A model generated the notes under the pieces. The model saw only the letters and a list, made by a program, of their open reading frames with translations. It was not told the DNA's origin and searched no databases. Source: Nemertoderma westbladi (Eukaryota; Animalia; Xenacoelomorpha). Taken from it: a stretch of 33,715 nucleotides of DNA. The DNA lies in NCBI GenBank assembly GCA_032718475.1, contig JAUCBJ010008911.1, positions 1 through 33,715 of the forward strand, given 5' to 3'. This document shows, one piece after another, positions 11,754-21,804 of this stretch. The translations under genes and the position numbers were made by a program. Position 1 is the stretch's first letter. Each line of letters begins with the position of its first letter.

Positions 11754-14727
11754 ATGATACGTAACCATATATATGCGTATATAATGGCTGAGAGGATGTA
11801 TAAGGAGTTACGACAGGGATTTACGCTGGAGCAGGAGCACGAGGCGCCATTTAATCGATATGGAGCCAAGAACTTAAACGTGTTTATAGTTGAGAGTATG
11901 GCTAGAAGTACAGCCAAGCTCGCAAAGTCCAAGGCGGATCCAAACTTCACGTGACAGCGACTAGACGCCTATAACAAGAGAGCGGAGGAGTTACGTACGG
12001 AGTTCAATGCGTTGTACCCCTACGATGCGTTATGCGATGCCAGCGACGTTTGCGAGGACCCCGACACGGAGATACGCCGATTATATCACATGCTGCAATA
12101 TTTGACAGTGAGTGAACCCTTGCCTGTAGCTAGGGACGAATTTGATGGGATACATCTTTATAGACGTGCTCAAGGAGCGGATCCGGAAACTAAGGAAGCG
12201 TTCTCCATTTATAAACTGTTCTATAAATGTGGAGGATGTATGTGTATGCAAGATAACGCGATTCCTATGCTCTTGAACCCGGAGAACTGCGAGCCGATAT
12301 TAGTGCGTTGCCCAAACCACCAGAGTCTGCGTTACCAAGAAGGCAGATACCCTTTGACGAATCTGTACCACTCGTTTAAGATGAATGGACCGAACATGGG
12401 CGAGATTGTTGTTTATGAACCCAAATTAGTCGAACCAGACGTCTACAGTATGGTAATAGACGAGTCTAATAAGTCGACACAGGAGAAGAGGGAAGCTCTT
12501 AGCATATATAGGGCATACAAGGCGTACGAGAAATGCGAGATTGAGGAGTTTGGCGGAAGGCTCGCGAGCCTACCATTCTATTGGATATCCTACGATCAAA
12601 CCGAACCCAAGGAGATGACACCCGAGCTCTTCGATAGTATCTCCTTTGCTCAGCGTTTGTCGCAGAGACTGCAGATACCACACATCGAGATGACGCGAGA
12701 ATCTCAACCCCACCCTGCCAAGACGGTAGTGCCGGTCGCGAGGACAACTAACTTTCCTATTAGCATACCGACCCGAGAGGAGACGACCTACGAGATTCCC
12801 ATAGTTGAACACCCGGAGATCATTTCGAACCTGGATTTCCTCCTATCGGTAATGTTTGGCGATGTGTTAGAGGAAGCGGAGTTGCATAGAACAATAGTTC
12901 AAAAAATTGTACGCAACGTGAGTCCACATATTACTGACTTTAAGGAAGTTGATCGCGCGGGGACGGATATCGCACCTTGAATCCTTCGAGGGTATTTGGC
13001 AAAGATGATTCGATTATGGATCAGAGTCGGCACATTCGAAACCGACACCGACATCGCGACCAATTGGACGGGAAAACCTATTACCCTCGATGACGAAAAG
13101 TCTATCGGGAGGATTTGGAACCCTAGCGACAATTTACTCGACGATTGGGATGCGATGAGTCGATCTCTGCAGGAGAATGGATACATGTTTTACGATAATG
13201 AAGGAGGAAGCCATCAGCAGAGCCTCACTTCAAAGACCATACAAATTCGAGCACCAGACGGAGTGTTACACGTCTTCAGCCGACAGAGGAGCGATCGAAA
13301 GATGCCGATGCCGGAAGGAACGATGCAAAGATATGCTATGATAAAATGGATAATTAAATCCATGGACCTAGCTTGTAGCATAGAGGCTAGGATGTTGCCA
13401 AAGGCCGTGCGCGACGTTGTACTTGATAAGAGTATCGTCAAGATCAGATCCGGTATATGGGAGGACCTTATTAGTGATTTCGCTGGAATGCCCGAGGAGG
13501 AGGATCGGTTGCCTACACCTTACGTGGATACTAGACCATTGTTGCTTTGGGCCATCGAGCAAGGATATTTTCGAGAATATAACACGCTTAAAACTGGAAC
13601 GGGTTATATATCATATCTCATGTTTAGTTGGGATTATAAGGAGTGCAAGAGGAGCAAATACACAGACGTATACGGTGAGGGAGATACCCCTAACGTGAAC
13701 GAGTTTGAGTCACAGCTAAAGTGGCGAGGATGTGTATATTGGGCGATCACCTCACCTCCGCGGATAATCTTGCAATACTATTTGGCGATCGTATCATCGG
13801 TAAACGTGTGTTTCATCGCCGATGTAGTGTCTAGGACTTTAAAGCAATATCCGTTATGTCTCGGCGGAGGACACACAGTTTACGAGGGAGGAAGGACGCA
13901 TACTGATGTATTCCGCCAATTTCTCAAACCATTTTACAACACCGATGCCCACTGTGAAGTTTTCACGCAAGCGGGATTCAGCGTTTTTAGAGATGTTTAT
14001 CTCACCCATGCGGGAAGCCTAGTTGACAGACCATCGATGTTGACGTTAGTACCCTATGACGGGGAACGCCACGCGGAGATTAAAGGCCCAGAAGGATCTT
14101 GGAAGGATCCGAGGACCCGCGACAATCGACGTACCGTTGCGCCAACTCATAGAGATAGAGGAGAATCTTCCGAGGAAGACTTGAACCGAGATACTCGACC
14201 TAGAGAAGAGCGACGCCATGGTTTGTGTGCAACCCACGGAGACGAACATACCGACTGACCCCGATGATGAAGATTATCACGTGGATGGTAGCGCTCGCCC
14301 CATTGGAGATCTCATCTATGAGCGAGTTTGGTATCCTGCCAACACCATTTGTGACAGATGCGGGGCTACTGGCCATCACGCAAAGAAATGTGGAGCTAAA
14401 CATATATCTCTACCAGATTTAGTGTGCAACTGGTGTGGGGATCAATGGTCACACACTTTCTACACCTGCTGGCGCTTCGTAGCTCAATGCATGTATTGTA
14501 ACATCAAAGGTCATAGGGCGTCTGAATGCCAACTTAGGGACGTTCCCTATGAGCATATGTCGGTAAAGATCACCCGACAGCTATTTGACCATTGGGAGAA
14601 TTTAGCAGACGAGCATGTCTCGACGCAGCGATACGACGCAACGATATCGACGTAAACCCTCTCATTATGTAGAAGGAAGGATACGTGTCAGCTATGCCTC
14701 AATATTACGAACTTTTAGAGGTACTAG
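11754..14727 (+). pseudogene. BEL accessory ORF3, part 1: unknown protein with three CCHC-type zinc knuckles
   Basis: ORFs 11754-11954, 12012-12980 and 12996-14258 are in the same frame, separated by single TGA codons. A frameshift leads into CDRCGATGHHAKKC, CNWCGDQWSHTFYTC and CMYCNIKGHRASEC (14350-14529). Confidence 0.8.
12555..12574 (+). repeat. 20-nt hairpin motif, copy 9, inside ORF3
   Basis: ggaaggctcgcgagcctacc (GRLASLP). Confidence 0.9.
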
Positions 14728-17700
14728 TAGTGCTGCGAACTGAAACAATATTTGACTAGTTTCAGTTTCAGTTTCAGTTCCAGTTTCAGTTCGAATAAAC
14801 CTATTTATTTCAGTTCCAGTTGCAGTTCCAGTTTCAAAAAAAAAATAGTTTCAGTTTCAGTTCATGTTTCAGTTTGAATGAGGCTGTTTATTTAAGTTCC
14901 AGTTTCAGTTCCAGTTCCTGAAAAAAAATAGTTTCAGTTTCAATTCAAGTTTCATAACAATACTACGTAATAACAAGGCCTGCCGCTGTCATCCTATAGC
15001 AACCACAATACTGTATATATATTCAGTACTACCTGTATATATTTATATTTATGGGCCAGTGTTGAAAAATCCAGAATTATACGAATATTAATTATTATCC
15101 TACAATAACTGAATAATAATTATAGTAGTAGTAATTTTATTGACAGAATATAGGAATAATACCTATATAAACCACCGCAAAGCAATGCAGGTAATATTAA
15201 CATTCGCAATACCTTCCCAAAAGTTAATAATTACAAACTCCGCTGGGTGGAGCTGAAAACAGGCCTTTACTATACCGTATGTATAGTATCAAAGGCTGAA
15301 CAGAGGCCTACCAGTACTACAGAATAATATTCCAGAATATAATTATTTTAGAGCCAATCTCTGACCAACTCCATCACCAAGGGTTACTGCTTATTGCTTT
15401 TATCATAGGCTTCTCCCTGCATAGCTTACACTACACAACTTACAAATACTATATCGGGGATGGTTGAGCACGGTAATTCAGTCTTCTGCGTGCACGGCCT
15501 ACTTGCTAGTAACTTTGTATAAAGAGAGTTGACATTATAAGAATCGTTCTAGCTAAAACAACGTACCAGTGCAGTAGAGTAGCTTGGTTCTTTCAACATT
15601 TTTTTTACTTAATTATTACTAAGTGTTCGTAGTAGTTTGTTGTATGTTGAATTCTGAGCTGAAATGTTTAGGTTGGGTTGTCTGTCAATTATGACATACA
15701 TCGATACATGTTCACAATTTTCATCATATAATTAATGTAGAAGTAAACTACTTTTTATCCCCCCCTGAAATTGTTTGTTTGGCAAATTGGCACCCTACTG
15801 AATAATGTACTATTCTGGCTGCCTTCGCATTGCGTTCATAAATAAAATAATATTACAATGATTAGGCCTAAACAGTACATATACAGTACAAATGATTTGC
15901 ATCGTTTGCAGTGGCTTAATGTATTTTTTCCATTTCCGCAATGACTTCAACTAGCCAAGCCTGCACAACCGGCAGACAGCAGACATCAGCCATTCATTTA
16001 TTCTACAAGAGGGAAGGTGACGCTTTTCGTTGTAATTATGTGAATGATGATGATCAACAGTGTGAGTTTCAGTCAAAGTGTGCCAACGGTCCAAGTAATT
16101 TAAAAAAACATTTAGAGCGGCGTCATCCAATACTATATGAAAAATTTAAATCGGCTGAGAAAGATATATTAAGTATAAAAGAAGCAGAGGCAATAAAAAA
16201 ATCCAAACTTCAAGCTCAAACTGGTTCTTTAGATGATTATTTAACCGTAAAGAAGGCAAAAGTTTCAACTGGAGAAGGAGAATCTCTCGTTCCCATTTTC
16301 AATCAGCAGCATTATCGACAACGGCACTTTAATAAGTTGCTAGCTACGTTTGTTGCTGTGTCACCACGTGGAAGTTTGCACATATGTTTACGCAGAAAGA
16401 GTACGGGTTTCAAAAGATTATTTCATATGTTAGTGATGGGAAATTTGGCATACCACATCATCAAACTATTTACAATATCATTAAAAAACAATCTGACTTC
16501 ATAGAATCAACCATAAAGAAAGAGATTACAACTGTGTCTTCAAATACGAAGGATCCCGTGTTGCCACTTTGCCAAACAAATATCGATTGCTGGACCCGTA
16601 AAGGCTATAAGGGTTCCTTTATTGGTGAAACCATAAACTTCTATGACTTTAATAAGGAATGTGCCGTTCAGAGAACAATCGCAATAGATGAATTCGAATA
16701 TCCTCATACTAGCCAGCGAATTATTGATAAATACGCGGCAATTCATGAACAATATGGGATTAAACCAACTCAAGTGGCATTATCATTTACAGATAATGCT
16801 GCCAATATGGTGAAAGCATTTAACTTGTTAGACGACCGTGATACAGTGGCTGATCCTGCATACGGTTCATGTACTTATGGAGTTGTAATTAATTTTTTAT
16901 TTTATATTTAATTATTCATATTCATTCATAAAAATTACCCATAGGAATTGTTCACGAAGTACTTCACCCTCAGAAGTGGAGGGGGCGGGGCCGGGGGTTG
17001 GGTATATCTGAGGGGGATAAAATGAAATAAATGGCATCAAAAACACGGAAAATAAACACTATTTAAAATGAAGGCTAAAAAATTTTAAAACTAAAACCTT
17101 ATAAATTGCTAAAAGCAATTGAAAATAGTGAAAAGGTTATACTTTCCAATAATTTTTTTCTTGAATCGTTTCATTTGTTTAGTATATTATCTCAACGTAA
17201 GGGGCATTATATGAAATGCATCCTTATTCAGCGTGTTTTAATTAGTTATTATTCTAGAAAAAAACATACAGAATCTTTTAAAATCACAATATATTGAACT
17301 ACAATTGCATAAGTACATTATTTCCTTAGCATCTGAAAACGCACAAGGGGAAAATGAAGCAGATACTGCATTTGAACGTCTCATTAATGACTTAGCAACA
17401 TTGGATAACAACCTTCGCCACTACGGCGATCCTATACATTCCAAGAATTTAGCGATGAAATTATGTTTCAAGCCACAATATAAATCAGTGGGAAATTTAA
17501 TTGCTAGTGCTAGATCTCTTGTTAATACGATATCAAGATCCCCATCACTAAAACAGGCATGGGATCGCGTGTGCACTTTATCACTAGTTGGTGATGTTGC
17601 AACACGATTTGATTCGATTTTTTTACTGACATCTCGGTTAGAAAATACGAAAGTAGTGGCGGCATTACCAACATTTGTTATGGAGAATTCAATAACAACA

Positions 17701-18994
17701 AACCTTCTTCCTGGAACATACTTATGGGGTGAACTGGAGTCATTTAACCGTCTCATGGAGCCCGTCTATAATGCAACGTTAATCCTCAGTAAGGACCACT
17801 AATCCTCAGTAAGGACCACTTCAGTATATGTAACTTATTTCCAGTAATGATACTCTTGCTACCTCGTCACTTGGAGAAGGAAACACACCCACAATCAAGT
17901 TTTCCAAAACTTGCAAAAGCAATATTGGAGGACATTAAAAGACGTTTTTCATGGCTGCGAAATAACCCATATTTCCAACTTCTGACCTGTCTAGACCCAG
18001 GGTATAGCATAATATTTAGCAAGCCACCATTCTCATCCCACTTGGAGGAAATGACGGAGTTACTTGTAATTGAATATAAGACATGGGTGGCTGAGTCAAC
18101 TGACTCAATCAACAATGTAGAAGAGGCTCCAATTGCTCAAGATAATGGTCCAAGTTCAAGCGATTCAAAAACTGATGAATGGGATTATTTCTTTGATGAT
18201 CAGCCAGAATCGATACCACCAGTGTCTCAGGGTTCACAGGTTTACCAACAACCAACTGTGCATCCTATTCAGGGGCAGTTCACTGATTATCGTCAGGAAC
18301 ATCATCAATCTCACCCCCCAGCTATTAATATCAATGATTTGATCGCGCGGGCTGATGCACTGCATGTGTACTGGCGCAGCAAGCGTCACCAATGGCCTGA
18401 ATTAGCAACATTTGCACTCGCTCATTTGGCATTTTCTGGCGCTGGAATCGGTGTGGAGCGTTTGTTTTCTGGCGCTGCTATACAATCAGATGGGCGGCTT
18501 CGTTCAGTATCCAATACTGCACTCCGCCAGAGGACCCTAATTGCCTCAAACAAAAACCTTGTCGAACATATTGATTAAAGTTTTAACTTTTCAGAAATTC
18601 ACAACTTATCCTTGATTTAGTTTTATAGTTATATACTTAGTTTTACTTGTTGTTTATACTTTATGTAGTTTCCAAGTCAACAAAAACTGGTTTTGATAGA
18701 AGTGAAATATCTTTTGTTTTTTTTTATTCCCGGGGAGGGGGGGGGGGGGCAATATTGTAATATATGTTTACATTTATTTTCAATTTATTACTTTCAGTTT
18801 TCAATTTTGAGGAATTCAGTTCTAGTTCCAGTTCTAGTATTTCAATATATCATATTTCAGTTCTAGTTTCAGTTTAAGTTTAACAAAATTTTAAGTTTCA
18901 GTTCCAGTTTCAGTTCCAGTTCAGAAAAAATGCCAAAAACAATTTCAGTTCGATTTCAGTTCCAGTTCAGTTTCAGTTTCAGTTCGCAGCACTA
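14728..18994 (+). mobile_element. Full-length hAT DNA transposon (4267 bp) inserted in ORF3
   Basis: Perfect 19-bp TIR tagtgctgcgaactgaaac (14728-14746 and 18976-18994). 8-bp TSD ggtactag (14720-14727 and 18995-19002). (cagttt/cagttc)n subterminal arrays and a transposase gene. Confidence 0.96.
15941..18578 (+). pseudogene. hAT transposase with BED zinc finger and C-terminal dimerisation domain; probable intron at 16865-17329
   Basis: BED finger C..C..SNLKKHLERRHP, then DCWT, HTS, TDNAANMVKA, DVATRFDS, LDP and YW..WPELA..VERLFS. Frameshift near 16380 and a 20-bp tandem duplication at 17781-17820. Confidence 0.92.
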
Positions 18995-19002
18995 GGTACT
19001 AG

Positions 19003-19858
19003 ACATATTGACATTGGATAGTGGCTTCAAAGTCGTGCGGGATTATTTCCTACAGGTCCACCCGGATAATAAGAACACTTGGAACTTTCAAACCATGGTG
19101 AACAAGATTACCGCTGGAGAGTTCGATAAATTGCGAGTCGAACAGCGGAATCGGGGAGCCTGGCATTCGATAGCTTGGGCTTACAGGAGCGCATTTCATC
19201 ACAAACGTGTGACCTCATGTATCTTGGACGAGGTAGACGTCTTGCGTGAGACTGGCTTCAAGGCCACGCTGTGACTCGAAAGGATACGCCACCCTCAGGA
19301 AGACCCGCAGTTTCGTATTCTTAGAGCCCAGAAGGCCAGACAAAAGATTAAGAAAGTGGTGAATGTCGCCGAAAGGACAACGTCAAAGTCACAAATCTGG
19401 ATGACTCGGGGCACAGTTTCCCTTCCTAGAGAACCACGTGGGGGGCTGGATTTGCTTTACCCGAACCCATGAGGGTTCAGACAACGTCGGAGAGCGAGGT
19501 GTCGGCGGAAGGAACGGTCCCGCCCCTTAGTCTCCCTCCTAGCATTGTGGAAACTCACCCCGACCCGACTAAACGCATGATTGGGATCAGACGAGGATTG
19601 AGTGCCCAACGGATGTGCGAGACGCCAGTTGTTCCTTTTCCTAGCATTTTAGAACCGCAGACAGCTCGACAGCTCAGCACTGAGCCCGGTTCGATCTCGA
19701 CCACCACCCAGTCATCTTAGGGGGCGGGGACGAGCTTGTGCGACGAAGGATTAGAAGAGCGAGGTAGAGGAAGGAAGGCTTGCGAGCCTACCGTTGGAAT
19801 TGGAGTTGGAGAGCGAGATGGAGAAAGGAAGGCTTGCGAGCCTACCATTAGCGATTAG
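19003..19858 (+). pseudogene. BEL accessory ORF3, part 2 (continuation after the hAT insertion)
   Basis: Joining across the TSD gives MPQYYELLEVLD|ILTLDSGFKVVRDYF. The reading continues through TGA 19272 and ends in a low-complexity P/S/R-rich tail; the end is approximate. Confidence 0.7.
19773..19846 (+). repeat. 20-nt hairpin motif, copies 10-11 (19773, 19827)
   Basis: ggaaggcttgcgagcctacc twice, 54 nt apart, each preceded by gagcga-(N)-gga-aa. Confidence 0.92.
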
Positions 19859-20385
19859 CGCTCAGGAGAAGATATCTAGACCAGTAGGACGAACTTTTCA
19901 GCTCGTCAGGCGGACACTTTGGGACTTATTTGGAACTACTTTAGCATTATTACTTTGACTATATCAATCTTAACTAACTTGTAAAATTTGAATTATTTTG
20001 TAATATTATATTATGGAAACGTTTAAAATTATTTGCTTTAATTTGTTAATTTGCTTTATTTTGGATAACTGAAGCCCTTTTTTATATTTTATGCTCTAAA
20101 TTAGGTAGTAAATTTGTATTTTGTATTTGTATGTACGAAGGTTTTGTATTTACGCAGTACTTGCAATTTTGAGTATGCAACAGTGATTATTTTTATATTT
20201 TAGGCCCTACCCTAGATTTGAGAGATATTTTAGTCAATTATTAGTGTGTCTCGATTGGTGAAAACAGTCTTACTTACTGTTTTCATGGAGCGGTGTTGGA
20301 TTATTTCACTGTTAAATAGCAATTTACAGTACCACATAAAAAACTTTCTAAATCCGACATATTTTGACTCAATTCGTAGTAATGT

Positions 20386-20617
20386 GGGGGAAGGTGGGGT
20401 AGCTCAGTTGGTTGAGCGCTGGGCCTACAATATATTGGTTGTAGGTTCAGCCCCACCAGGGTCCTCTCAGCCTTTCATCCACTGGGGTCGATAAAATGAG
20501 TACCAGTTAAATAACTATTATATAACTACTGCCCACCCCTACCCTCGGGTAGCAGCTATCGAAAGAGGAGCCTTCGGGTCGCCTCCGGCCTCGACCGACT
20601 GTTTGCTTTTTGCTTTG
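20386..20617 (+). mobile_element. tRNA-derived SINE inserted in the LTR
   Basis: A box tagctcagttgg, B-box-like ggttcagccc, central ctcagcctttcatcc...gataaaatgagtacc segment and (tttgc)n tail. 11-bp TSD cgtagtaatgt at 20375-20385 and 20618-20628. Confidence 0.9.
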
Positions 20618-20677
20618 CGTAGTAATGTAATATGCCTATTTCCTATTAGTAGATATAAGTTCACTAGTGATTATATT

Positions 20678-20747
20678 GGCGCAGTGGTCAGATGGGTTAA
20701 GGCGTTGGTTCATGGGTTCGAATCCCAGTCGGGAAATTTGTATTTTT
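20678..20747 (+). ncRNA. tRNA-like Pol III cassette lacking an anticodon arm, in the LTR U3 region
   Basis: A box tggtcagatgg, B box ggttcgaatccc and a T5 run at 20743-20747. Confidence 0.45.
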
Positions 20748-20783
20748 GGGCTATCAATTTTCGGTTTCATTTAATTAGGTAAG

Positions 20784-20927
20784 CCAATGAGGTGCGTACA
20801 ACACATGGAACGATGAGTTGGGCCAATCATAGGGCATTTAATAACTTATTGGTCCAATGTGCAGCCATGGAATGTTGTCGAATGTTCTAGTTAATTCCAT
20901 GCCTAGGATTTGCTATATAAGGGGCGG
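20784..20927 (+). promoter_or_regulatory. LTR Pol II promoter
   Basis: CCAAT at 20784, 20823 and 20854; TATATAA at 20914-20920 followed by ggggcgg. Confidence 0.6.
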
Positions 20928-20944
20928 TTTGCTCTTCGGTTATC

Positions 20945-20983
20945 ACACACACTTATAACACACACTTATAACACTCACTTATA
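20945..20983 (+). repeat. 3 x 13-bp tandem repeat just downstream of the TATA box
   Basis: acacacacttata acacacacttata acactcacttata. Confidence 0.85.
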
Positions 20984-21804
20984 CCTAATCGTATACTTGT
21001 CTCATATCTTGTTAACCTTTCTTTAGTTACATTTGTTAAGTTTCTTGTTGAAACTTATGTAAATTTGGTTGATAAACTCTTTTGTAAATTACTCTAAATA
21101 TACTGTAAACTTTGAACATGTATATTCCCCTTTGTCCACCATTGGGACAGCCAAGCATTGGGAGGATGGCTGCCTAGACCATTAGGCCGTCAGCAACGCA
21201 GGGAAGATGTCCACAACACGCTAGCGCCCACATTAGGTTAACCCGCGCACCCCCTTCGCCCCTTCGAAATACTCCACCTGCCATGCAACGCCCGATTCCG
21301 AGGAAGGTAAGACTTTGTTTGACGCCCTTGCCCGCAATAAGACCTTAGATCAGGGTAAAGCGTGACGCCGTCCTGGGACGCAGTAAAATTTAGGATTAAA
21401 TATTTCAGATTCAGACAGAAGCAAAAACCCGGATTAACCTGTATCTCCTACAGGTGTCAGCTATTGCTGTTCGTTAGTACGCGCAAGTTCACTTTAGGTG
21501 CGGATAGCACATACTCTATAATTTGGTGATTTGCAGTACTGACAGTTTGGTACCGGTTCACTTTGTAGCCTATATAGTTTACCCCCCCCCCCCCCCCCCC
21601 CTGTCTGAGTCCAAAATATTTGATCAGGCGAGAGGCAGCTTTCTGCTACTGGCACATGTTTGGCCTAGGGAGGTTTACTAACATCCTACCGCGCCCTTGC
21701 CACATACTGATAGGAATTTACTGCTAACCACCGCAGTAACAAAGTTCTAAAATCAAATTTGTATACCAGATCAGCTACGTACGGTAGTAATTAACACCTA
21801 TTAT

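Larger units (their letters stand above)
1841..21218 (+). mobile_element. Decayed BEL/Pao LTR retrotransposon with an extra ORF; 5' LTR missing; four nested insertions
   Basis: BEL-type gag core and knuckles, PR-RT-RH-INT order with BEL signature motifs, an extra ORF, a short purine tract and a TGTT...AACA LTR. A shared 20-nt hairpin motif links all parts. Confidence 0.88.
20294..21218 (+). repeat. Probable 3' LTR of the BEL element (about 680 bp without the SINE)
   Basis: Purine-rich ggagcgg is followed by TGTTGG at 20294, and the segment ends ...CCACAACA at 21218. It contains CCAAT boxes, TATATAA and an R-like region. No second LTR is available to confirm the boundaries. Confidence 0.62.

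Noticed and set aside
6210-12574. GRLASLP as a conserved protein motif such as a protease cleavage site
   Set aside because: The same nucleotides occur in other frames and in non-coding DNA, and synonymous positions are not free.
20392-20465. Functional tRNA gene
   Set aside because: Acceptor and anticodon stems do not pair properly, and it is followed by a SINE body, tail and TSD.
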